From positions 1 through 32,428 of the forward strand of contig CAZERB010000001.1 of assembly GCA_964514645.1 (NCBI GenBank): DNA of 32,428 nucleotides, in the 5' to 3' direction. Below, piece after piece: positions 9,305 through 17,092 of this stretch. The number at the start of each line of letters is the position of its first letter. The stretch's first letter is position 1. Position numbers and translations under genes: made by a program. A model generated the notes under the pieces. That model saw only the letters and a program-made list of their open reading frames with translations, had not been told where the DNA came from and ran no database searches. This DNA comes from an uncultured Anaerolineales bacterium (GTDB lineage Bacteria; Chloroflexota; Anaerolineae; UBA7937).

Positions 9305-11023
9305 CTACAGGTTGTTGCACTCATCCAGGATGCTCAGGTAGACGCCCCACTCCATGATGACCAGTTTGACGCCGATACCCAGGTTCTCCTCCCACATGGC
9401 CTGCATACCTTCGAGGACATCCTCGTTGCCTCGGTTGAACCAGGTCTCGATGACGATCTCAGCGGGGTCGGCGATGCCGGCCTCATCCATGTAGGCCTGG
9501 AGTTCTGCCTTGGCCGCGTCAACATCGAACTCATAGCCCACCTCCCCGCAGCCCTGGTAACCCGGAATGGCTGGCGGGACTACCCCACAGGCCACCTCAC
9601 GCCAAGGCATGTTCAGCACGTTGTCCAAGATAGAGCGCTTGTCCACAGCCATCGCTAGTGCCTTGCGGAAGTGGAGGTTGTCGGTATGCTCTGCCTTGGT
9701 GTTGAGCCCCACATACCAGGTGCCCGGCCGAGGAGTCACCACGAACTCCTTGCTCAGCACCGGGTCCTCGAGGATGCGAGGGATCTCCTCGTTGGGGAAC
9801 CAGTCAGTGGCGTCTATCTCGTTGTTCTCGTAGGCGGCTAGACAGGTGGTACGCTCGTAGATGATGGGGTACTCCACCCGCTCGATAGTCACCTTGTCAG
9901 CATCGTGGTAGGTGGGGTTCTTCTCGATGGTCAGGTGGTCCTCATGAGCCCACGCGGTGAGGACATAGGGCCCGTTGCTCACGAAGTTGCCCGCCTCGGT
10001 CCAGTCGTCGCCGAACTCCTCGATCACATCCAGGCGCACCGGATAGGTGGTGGAGAAGGCCAGGATGGAGTCGAAGAAGGCCGCTGGGTCGTGCAAGGTG
10101 ATCTCCAAGGTGAGGTCATCGAGAGCCCTCACACCCACGGTGGTGGGGTCATCGGTAACGCCGGTGGCGAAATCCTCCGCCCCAGCGACAGGATACATGT
10201 TGTAAGCGTACTCGGCCGCCGTCTCCGGCTTCAGCAAGCGGATTATCCCGTCCACAAAATGCTGAGCGGTCACCGGCTCACCATCCGACCAAACGCCGTC
10301 ATCCCGCAGATGGATGGTGTAGACCAAGCCGTCGTCGGAGACCTCATAACTCTCCGCCGCTGCCGGCTCGACGCTACCGTCGCCCCTATAGCGGTAGAGC
10401 CCTTCGACCAACTGGTTGAGTATCATGTGCGAAGTGGTATCGGTGGCCAGGTTGATGTCCAAGGTGGGTGGCTCGGTGCCTAGAGCGTACTTCATGCTCG
10501 TCTTGGCAGGATCATCGAAAGACCAGAGCATGAAGTGAGGAGACCCGAAGGGAGGCCACTCCTGGTTGATGCCGCTCTTCACCATGGCGATGCGGTCGTA
10601 GTGGTAGACCGGCACCACCATGACAACGTCCTCCGCCATGATCTTCTCGGCCTGCTGCCAGATGGCGGCCCGAGCCTCGGGATCTGTCTCCACCAGCGCC
10701 TGGTCCACCAGGTCGAGGAAGGTGTCATCCGACCAGAAGGTGTACTGGAACGGGGATTTGGGGCTGAAGACCTCGTTGATGATGTTGTTGGCATCAGCGT
10801 AGTCCATCACCCAACCCATGCGGTAGGCCTGGTAGGTGCACTTAGCCTCGAACTCCGTGATCTCTGGCGCGGTAGTGACTATCACCGTCTCCACCACCGG
10901 CACCTCCACCGTCTCCACGATCCTCTCCGGAGTCGGTGTCGCTGCCGGCGCACACGAGGCCACCCCTAACGCCAAGAGGGCCATAAGCCCCACCACGCCT
11001 GCCCAACGCAGTTTGCTAGACAT
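9305..11023 (-). CDS. ABC substrate-binding lipoprotein, family 5 (OppA/DppA/AgpA type), apparently circularly permuted
   Basis: Signal plus lipobox LALGVASC, then a P/T/V/E linker. Family-5 hallmarks are present but in non-canonical order: GWVMDYADANN...DPEARAAIWQQAEKIMAEDVVMVVPVY comes first; ALGTEPPTLDINLATDTTSHMILNQLVEGLYRY...VYTIHLRDDGVWSDGEPVTA follows; the protein ends at MEWGVYLSILDECNNL. Confidence 0.9.
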   Translation of the reverse strand: MSSKLRWAGVVGLMALLALGVASCAPAATPTPERIVETVEVPVVETVIVTTAPEITEFEAKCTYQAYRMGWVMDYADANNIINEVFSPKSPFQYTFWSDDTFLDLVDQALVETDPEARAAIWQQAEKIMAEDVVMVVPVYHYDRIAMVKSGINQEWPPFGSPHFMLWSFDDPAKTSMKYALGTEPPTLDINLATDTTSHMILNQLVEGLYRYRGDGSVEPAAAESYEVSDDGLVYTIHLRDDGVWSDGEPVTAQHFVDGIIRLLKPETAAEYAYNMYPVAGAEDFATGVTDDPTTVGVRALDDLTLEITLHDPAAFFDSILAFSTTYPVRLDVIEEFGDDWTEAGNFVSNGPYVLTAWAHEDHLTIEKNPTYHDADKVTIERVEYPIIYERTTCLAAYENNEIDATDWFPNEEIPRILEDPVLSKEFVVTPRPGTWYVGLNTKAEHTDNLHFRKALAMAVDKRSILDNVLNMPWREVACGVVPPAIPGYQGCGEVGYEFDVDAAKAELQAYMDEAGIADPAEIVIETWFNRGNEDVLEGMQAMWEENLGIGVKLVIMEWGVYLSILDECNNL

Positions 11024-11184
11024 CTTTTCTCTCTCCTCTTTCTAAGATAGTGGTACTTCCTGCCTCATCTAATTGCCTCTCTCCCTCACCCCCTTTCCAA
11101 ATATAGCCTCCTTCCTCATCGAAGTGGAATCGAGCATACTCTTCGAAAATATACACAAAGAAAGGTCCCAAAAAGTTCATCGCC

Positions 11185-11213
11185 ATTTTATTACACACTA
11201 TATCTCTTGTCAA
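11185..11213 (-). promoter_or_regulatory. Sigma-70-type promoter for the binding-protein/permease genes
   Basis: Minus strand TTGACA (11213-11208), 17-nt spacer, TAAAAT (11190-11185). It lies 5 nt downstream of the upstream ATPase stop and leaves a ~150-nt leader. Confidence 0.55.
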
Positions 11214-11217
11214 GCCT

Positions 11218-12198
11218 CTAGACGCGCCAACAAGCCACCCAGTGCTCCCCCCCTACATCTTTGAACTCCGGCTCCTTCTCCTTGCAGATCTCCATCACCA
11301 CCGGGCAACGGGTTGAGAAGTTGCAGCCCACGGGGGGGTTGGCGGGGCTGGGCACATCGCCGGTAAGGATTAGCCGCTGCCTCTTCTCCTCCACCAGGGG
11401 ATCGGGGATGGGAACCGCAGAAAGGAGAGCCTGGGTGTAGGGGTGGAGGGGGTTCCGGTAAAGTTCGTCTCTGCCGGTGAGCTCCATGATCTTCCCCAGG
11501 TACATCACCGCTACTCGGTCGCTGATATGCCGCACCACACTCAGATCATGGCTGATGAAAAGATAGGTGAGGTGAAACTCCCCTTGAAGTTCCTCCAAGA
11601 GGTTAATAATCTGAGCCCGGATAGATACATCCAAGGCGGAGATCGGCTCATCGCAGACTATGAAGTCCGGATTAACAGCCAAGGCTCTAGCCACGCCAAT
11701 CCTCTGTCTCTGCCCACCGCTGAACTCGTGAGGGTAACGGTTGACGAAATAGGGGTTCATTTTCACCACGCGGAGGAGTTCCTGGACCCTCTCTTTCCGC
11801 TCCTTTCTGCCCGCTAACTTATGCACCTCTAAGGGCTCGCCAATGATACCTCCCACCGTCATACGAGGGTTCAGGGAAGCGTAAGGGTCCTGGAAGATCA
11901 TCTGCATCCTTCGGCGCATACGCCGCAACTCCTCCCCCTTCATCCTGGTGAGATCTTTCCCCTCAAAGAGGACCTCCCCCGCTGTGGGTCGGTAGAGTTG
12001 TAAGATCGTTCGGCCTACGGTCGTCTTCCCACAACCGCTCTCCCCCACCAGGCCTAATGTCTCTCCCCGGCGGATAAAGAAACTGATCCCATCAACAGCC
12101 TTTATATCCCCCGCATGTCGCTGAACAATGATGCCCTGTGTGATGGGGAACCACATCTTCAAATCCTTGACCTCGATGAGGATCTCGTCTTTTCCCAC
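11218..12198 (-). CDS. ABC transporter ATP-binding protein, OppF/DppF-type
   Basis: Walker [10 protein letters not shown], signature [15 protein letters not shown], Walker [13 protein letters not shown], and a C-terminal oligopeptide-ABC extension ([17 protein letters not shown]). The start is uncertain. GTG 12198 gives [17 protein letters not shown] and a typical ~326-aa length. The frame stays open to TTG 12318, and GTG 12285 has an AAGGAGGTG SD. Confidence 0.85.
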   Translation of the reverse strand: MGKDEILIEVKDLKMWFPITQGIIVQRHAGDIKAVDGISFFIRRGETLGLVGESGCGKTTVGRTILQLYRPTAGEVLFEGKDLTRMKGEELRRMRRRMQMIFQDPYASLNPRMTVGGIIGEPLEVHKLAGRKERKERVQELLRVVKMNPYFVNRYPHEFSGGQRQRIGVARALAVNPDFIVCDEPISALDVSIRAQIINLLEELQGEFHLTYLFISHDLSVVRHISDRVAVMYLGKIMELTGRDELYRNPLHPYTQALLSAVPIPDPLVEEKRQRLILTGDVPSPANPPVGCNFSTRCPVVMEICKEKEPEFKDVGGEHWVACWRV

Positions 12199-12220
12199 CG
12201 AATCCTGTCCCTTCCCTGCG

Positions 12221-12256
12221 GGATCCCGAGGGACGGGATCCTGTCCCTCGGGATCC
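12221..12256 (-). promoter_or_regulatory. GC-rich 14-bp perfect stem-loop between (or at the 5' edge of) the two ATPase genes
   Basis: GGATCCCGAGGGAC-GGGATCCT-GTCCCTCGGGATCC read directly. Three GGATCC hexamers occur within 36 nt. Confidence 0.55.
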
Positions 12257-12278
12257 TGTAAGGATAAGGATGAGGAGA

Positions 12279-13268
12279 CTACCACTCTACACCTCCTTTT
12301 GTCACATCTACCCAGCAAGCGATCTCATGGCCTAGAACTATCTCCCTGAGGGAGGGGCGTTCCTCCTGGCAGTGATCGAGCCGATACGAGCAACGGGCAT
12401 AGAAGGGACAACCGGGCGGCAAGGCTATGAGATCGGGAGGCAGGCCCTCAATGGTATCTAGTCTCTCCTCCCGCACCTTATCGACCCGGGGAACGGAGCC
12501 CAAAAGAGCGGTGGTATAAGGGTGTCTAGGGTCTCCATATAACTCCTTCACCCCCGCCGACTCGACGAAGAAGCCCGCGTACATCACCTTCACACTCTGT
12601 GCTATGCCGGCGATGATCCCTAGATCATGAGTGATCCAGATGACCGCCATCCCGAACTCATTCTTCAGGCGCTTCACCAGATCGATAAATTGAGCCTGGA
12701 TAGTAACATCCAAAGCGGTGGTCGGCTCATCGGCGATGAGGATAGCGGGGTTGCAAGAGAGAGCCATGGCGATCATCACCCGTTGTCGCATCCCTCCGCT
12801 AAACTGATGGGGGTAATCATCGATGCGATCCTCCGCCTCGGGGATCCCCACCGTATCCAACAGTTCGATGCTTCGCTCCCGCGCCTCCTCCTTGGTCATC
12901 CCCAAATGGAGCATCAACGCTTCGCTCACTTGCTGATTGATAGTCAAAACCGGGTTGAGGGAGGTCATAGGATCCTGAAAGATCATGGCTATCTTATTGC
13001 CCCTGACGCGACGAATCTCGTCCTCACCGATCTTCAAGAGATCCTTCCCATCGAAGAGCACCTCGCCGCCTGCGATCTTCCCCGGAGGCTGGGGAATGAG
13101 GCGCATGATGGAGAGCACCGATACGCTCTTGCCACAGCCGCTCTCCCCCACGATACCCAGCGTCTCTCCCTCCTTCAAAACATAGGAAATCCCGTTTACA
13201 GCGTTAACCACCCCGTCTTGGGTGAAGAACTGGGTCCTTAGATCCTTTACTTCCAGCAAGGCAGCCAC
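12279..13268 (-). CDS. ABC transporter ATP-binding protein, OppD/DppD-type
   Basis: Walker A GESGCGKS, signature [15 protein letters not shown], Walker [13 protein letters not shown], and a C-terminal [11 protein letters not shown] motif. GTG start is preceded by GAGGAGGGTG. Confidence 0.9.
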   Translation of the reverse strand: MAALLEVKDLRTQFFTQDGVVNAVNGISYVLKEGETLGIVGESGCGKSVSVLSIMRLIPQPPGKIAGGEVLFDGKDLLKIGEDEIRRVRGNKIAMIFQDPMTSLNPVLTINQQVSEALMLHLGMTKEEARERSIELLDTVGIPEAEDRIDDYPHQFSGGMRQRVMIAMALSCNPAILIADEPTTALDVTIQAQFIDLVKRLKNEFGMAVIWITHDLGIIAGIAQSVKVMYAGFFVESAGVKELYGDPRHPYTTALLGSVPRVDKVREERLDTIEGLPPDLIALPPGCPFYARCSYRLDHCQEERPSLREIVLGHEIACWVDVTKGGVEW

Positions 13269-13334
13269 AAAACACCCTCCTCTTATACGCTAGCCTAACT
13301 TTTTGTTTGAACTCCAATTATCGCGATGGGGAAA

Positions 13335-13364
13335 ATTATATGAGATACCCAGAATAGTTGTCAA
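13335..13364 (-). promoter_or_regulatory. Consensus sigma-70 promoter of the ABC transporter operon
   Basis: Minus strand TTGACA (13364-13359), 18-nt spacer, TATAAT (13340-13335), about 65 nt upstream of the GTG at 13268. Confidence 0.6.
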
Positions 13365-13420
13365 GCGGAACCAAGGATAAAAAGGGCCAGTTGAGACTTC
13401 TCTCCTTTGCTCCTGAACCT

Positions 13421-13789
13421 TCACCGAATGGTGGGAGTTAGTGCCCACCAAAAATTGAGCGTCGCCTCCCGGTAAGAATATAGAGGCCAGGACGCACCAT
13501 AGATGGAGGCCATCACAGAGGCTGGCGTGGACTGTTCCCCGGCCCAAAGCCGTGCTTCATCCAAGCGAAAGCGCAAGAAGAGAACCGCCTGAACAGAGGC
13601 GAGGGCCTCCCCTAGCCACACTCTGGCTTTTCTTCTCCAAGGCAAAGGCCTAACTTCTCCAGAAGAAACCCCCGGGGCAAGTTTGGCCTCTATAGCCTCC
13701 CAAACGCGAGGGGGAGGATCCTTATCAGGTACAAACTTGCCTAGAGCCCAACTTAGCAAGAGATCGAACTCATCGCCTTCGTAACCCAT
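13421..13789 (-). CDS. Small protein downstream of the ECF sigma gene; possible non-canonical anti-sigma factor
   Basis: Starts 6-18 nt after the sigma-factor stop (ATG 13789 with GGTGAGGG SD; GTG 13801 also possible). The N-terminus DEFDLLLSWALGKFVP...PPRVWEAIEAKL resembles anti-sigma N-terminal helices. No HxxxCxxC zinc motif and no clear TM segment. Confidence 0.5.
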   Translation of the reverse strand: MGYEGDEFDLLLSWALGKFVPDKDPPPRVWEAIEAKLAPGVSSGEVRPLPWRRKARVWLGEALASVQAVLFLRFRLDEARLWAGEQSTPASVMASIYGASWPLYSYREATLNFWWALTPTIR

Positions 13790-13807
13790 CAAAACCCTCA
13801 CACCGAT

Positions 13808-14386
13808 CTACAACGAAGATAGATCATAGGCTTCCCTGGGCACTGCCTTTTCCTCAGCCAGTTTCCCTTTAAGGATCTTCCGAGCATGGTGGAGTCGAGA
13901 CTTCACCGTCCCCACGGGGCATTCCAGGATGTAGGCTATCTCCGTCAGACTAAAGCCCTGGAGATAGAAGAGCATCACCACCAGGCGGTGATGTATGTTT
14001 AGAGAATTAATCGCCTCGTGCAGCCTCCGATGCAACTCCTTCCTCTCATAAGCATGCTCTGGCGAAAGTTGGGGGGCCGCCACCAGCCGATCTATCATCT
14101 CCTCCACAGAGACAAACCAAGGACGCCGCTTCACCACCCAGTTGTAGCTCAGGTTCACCACTATGCGGTGCAACCAAGGCCCCAAAGGGGCCGAACAATC
14201 GACCCGAGAAAGAGAACGATAGGCTTTAAGGAAACAATCCTGCAACATCTCCTCGGCAGCGCCTTGGTCATCGGTTATAGCCAGGGCGGTGCGGAAAAGC
14301 CTCTTCTTGTATCTGTCGTAAAGGGCTACAACCGCTTCCGAATCCCCTTCTCGGATTCTAGAAACAAGTTCGGCGTCCCTGTTCAT
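13808..14386 (-). CDS. ECF-type RNA polymerase sigma-70 family factor
   Basis: Region 2 (AEEMLQDCFLKAYRSL, WLHRIVVNLSYNW) and region 4 HTH (LQGFSLTEIAYILECPVGTVKSRLHHARKIL). Length 192 aa. Confidence 0.9.
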   Translation of the reverse strand: MNRDAELVSRIREGDSEAVVALYDRYKKRLFRTALAITDDQGAAEEMLQDCFLKAYRSLSRVDCSAPLGPWLHRIVVNLSYNWVVKRRPWFVSVEEMIDRLVAAPQLSPEHAYERKELHRRLHEAINSLNIHHRLVVMLFYLQGFSLTEIAYILECPVGTVKSRLHHARKILKGKLAEEKAVPREAYDLSSL

Positions 14387-14460
14387 CCCTCACCCGCTTT
14401 GGACGCTTCCCTCTCCACATATACACAATATGGAGAGAATAAAGGTTCATTTTTAACATT

Positions 14461-15933
14461 TTAAGAGGAAAGGCCACCGTTGTCAAATCTGCCTTTCCAC
14501 CTCAGGTTGGGCCTGCGGGCGGCGGTTACCTCATCGAGGTGGCTGAGGGGCGTCTTATGAGGTGCCGAAAGCACGTTATCTGGCTCCTCCCTCGCCTCCC
14601 GAGCGATCTCCTTCATGGCCGCTAGAAAGCCCTCCAACGTCTCAAGACTCTCTGTCTCCGTGGGCTCGATCATGAGGGCTTCCTCCACGATCAAGGGGAA
14701 ATAGATAGTTGGGGGGTGGAAGCCAAAATCGATGAGTCGCTTAGCGATATCTAGAGTATGGACGCCGATTTCCTTCTGCCATTTGCCGGAGAATACACAT
14801 TCGTGGAGACAAGGTCTATCGTAGGGCAGATAATAGTAGCCCTTCAGTTGGCTCAGAAGGTAATTGGCGTTGAGCACCGCGTGTTCACTTACCTCCCGCA
14901 AGCCATCACCACCCAACGATCGGATATAGGCGTAGGCCTTCACCATCACCCCAAAGTTACCATAGAAGGAACCCACCTTCCCGATGGATAAAGGACGGTC
15001 ATAATCCAGGTAGTATCTCGTTCCCTCGCTCGTCTCTGTTCGGGCCACCAGGGGGAGGGGCAGGAAGGGAGCCAGATCCTCACTCACCGCCGTGGCCCCG
15101 GCCCCTGGGCCTCCCCCACCATGCGGCGTGCCGAAGGTCTTATGCAGGTTGTAATGGAGGATATCCATCCCCAGTTCTCCTGGCTTGGCGATGCCTAAGA
15201 GGGCGTTCATATTGGCCCCATCGCAGTAGATGAGGGCTCCCAGGCCATGGATGATCTCCGCCACCTCCAAGATCCGCTCCTCGAAGAGGCCCAAGGTGTT
15301 GGGGTTGGTGAGCATCAAAGCCGCCACCGACTCATCGGCTCTCTCTCGTAAGATATCGGCATCTATATTCCCTCGCCCATCGGAGGGGATAGTCATCACC
15401 TGGTAGCCACACATAGCCGCCGTAGCCGGATTGGTGCCGTGGGCCGAGTCTGGGACCAAGACCACCTTCCGCCCTCCATCATGGCGGTTTTGGTGGTAGG
15501 CCCGCACCATAAGCATCCCCGTCAACTCCCCATGGGCCCCCGCCGCCGGTTGGAGGCTTACTGCCGGCAGCCCCGCTATCTCCGCTAGATACCCTTGCAA
15601 CTCATACATCAATTGCAAAGCCCCTTGCACTAACCCCTCATCCTGATAGGGATGGATATGGGCAAATCCAGGTAGGCGGGCCATCTCCTCGTTGACCTTG
15701 GGGTTATATTTCATGGTGCAAGAGCCCAGGGGGTAGAAGCCCGTGTCTACTGAGAAGTTGAGGTGGGAGAGACGGGTGAAATGTCTAATCAAATCCCTCT
15801 CACTCACCTCGGGAAGAGAAAGGTCATCCCGAACCCGACCTTCCGGTAGCGATACTTGGGGGACATCGCACGCCGGCAAAGAAACCCCGGTTCTTCCGGG
15901 CGAACTGAGTTCGAAGAGCAGAGGCTCATCCAT
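14461..15933 (-). CDS. gcvPB: Glycine dehydrogenase (decarboxylating) subunit 2 (P-protein C-terminal subunit)
   Basis: MDEPLLFELSSPGRTGVSLP start, GSCTMKYNP, and the PLP-Lys region NLHKTFGTPHGGGGPG. Confidence 0.95.
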   Translation of the reverse strand: MDEPLLFELSSPGRTGVSLPACDVPQVSLPEGRVRDDLSLPEVSERDLIRHFTRLSHLNFSVDTGFYPLGSCTMKYNPKVNEEMARLPGFAHIHPYQDEGLVQGALQLMYELQGYLAEIAGLPAVSLQPAAGAHGELTGMLMVRAYHQNRHDGGRKVVLVPDSAHGTNPATAAMCGYQVMTIPSDGRGNIDADILRERADESVAALMLTNPNTLGLFEERILEVAEIIHGLGALIYCDGANMNALLGIAKPGELGMDILHYNLHKTFGTPHGGGGPGAGATAVSEDLAPFLPLPLVARTETSEGTRYYLDYDRPLSIGKVGSFYGNFGVMVKAYAYIRSLGGDGLREVSEHAVLNANYLLSQLKGYYYLPYDRPCLHECVFSGKWQKEIGVHTLDIAKRLIDFGFHPPTIYFPLIVEEALMIEPTETESLETLEGFLAAMKEIAREAREEPDNVLSAPHKTPLSHLDEVTAARRPNLRWKGRFDNGGLSS

Positions 15934-15934
15934 A

Positions 15935-17092
15935 CTACAACCCTCTTAGCACCTTCTGAGCGGAAACCAACCCCGCACCCAACTCAAACCTATAGCCGCA
16001 AGACAAAAGCGCCCCTTCGATGGCTCCTACCGTAGCCAATATGTGGCTACCGTTGACCCCACCCATATGTCCCACTCTGAAATAACGTTCCTTGATTTGA
16101 GGGTGCAGGCCACCAGCCACGATAACGCCCCGACCCCCTATTTCTCCTAGAAGTTCCTCGCCTACCCCCTCCGGGTAGTAGATAGCGCTCATGGTGTGGG
16201 CTGCCACCTCTAAAGCGGGCACCTGCTTCAACCCCAAAGCGGTCATGGCCGCCTTGAAGGCCTCGCTTATGAGCCTATGGCGTCGAAATCGGGCCTCCAT
16301 CCCTTCTTTTAGGATCTCATCCAGGCTCTCCCCAAGGGCGTATATGAGGTTTACTGGCGGGGTACCGAAATAACCCACTTTCCGGGCTTCATACGCCTCC
16401 ATGACGGGGAGCCAATTGGCGAGATCGGCATAATAGTTGGCCACAGGGGTGCGGCGCTTCCGGAAAAGGTCTAAGGCCCGGGGAGTAACCATCAGGATAG
16501 CCAAGCCCGGTGGGACGCCCAAAGCCTTCTGAGAGGCGGTGAGACAGATATCGATCCCCCACTTTTCCTGGCGGAACTCCTGGCCCCCAACGGCGCAGAC
16601 GCCATCAACCACGCTCAAGGCACCATAGCGGTGGGCCAGACTTCCCAGAGAGGCCACATCAACCAGCACCCCGGTGGAGGTATCGACATGAGTAGCCAGG
16701 AGCAACTTATATTTTGCGCTCGTAAGAGCCCTCTCCACCTCTTCCAAAGAGGGAACATCTCCCAGTTTGGCTCCCACCTGGGTCACCCGTGCGCCGTACC
16801 GCTCACAGATGGAGGCGAAGCGATGGCTAAAGTAGCCGGTATCGACTAGTAATACCCAATCCTCAGGCTCGATGAGGTTAGCCGCCGCCATCTCCATAGC
16901 CAGGGTCCCCGAGCCAGCCACCACGAAGGGCTGCCCTTCTTCGGTCAGGAAAACCTCCCTGAGCCTCTCCAAAGAGTGGCCGAAAACCTCGATGAAGTCG
17001 GGCGAGATATGGCTTGGGGTCCTGATAGCCATAGCCTGGAGCACCGCTGGCGCGAACTCCACAGGGCCGGGGATCATCAAGAGTTCGTTCAT
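15935..17092 (-). CDS. Class-V aminotransferase, alanine-glyoxylate / serine-pyruvate (AGXT/SgaA-like)
   Basis: MNELLMIPGPVEFAPAVLQAM, SGTLAMEMAAANL and the PLP-lysine motif LTASQKALGVPPG. The true start ATG 17092 overlaps the gcvPA stop (ATGA). The ORF-track extension to 17230 would overlap gcvPA and is rejected. Confidence 0.85.
   Translation of the reverse strand: MNELLMIPGPVEFAPAVLQAMAIRTPSHISPDFIEVFGHSLERLREVFLTEEGQPFVVAGSGTLAMEMAAANLIEPEDWVLLVDTGYFSHRFASICERYGARVTQVGAKLGDVPSLEEVERALTSAKYKLLLATHVDTSTGVLVDVASLGSLAHRYGALSVVDGVCAVGGQEFRQEKWGIDICLTASQKALGVPPGLAILMVTPRALDLFRKRRTPVANYYADLANWLPVMEAYEARKVGYFGTPPVNLIYALGESLDEILKEGMEARFRRHRLISEAFKAAMTALGLKQVPALEVAAHTMSAIYYPEGVGEELLGEIGGRGVIVAGGLHPQIKERYFRVGHMGGVNGSHILATVGAIEGALLSCGYRFELGAGLVSAQKVLRGL

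Noticed and set aside
13290-13547. 85-aa ORF spanning the ABC-operon promoter region. Also the small ORFs 11016..11213 and 11073..11264 in the binding-protein leader.
   Set aside because: They overlap consensus promoter hexamers and the end of the anti-sigma-like gene. They show no motif, no SD and implausible composition.
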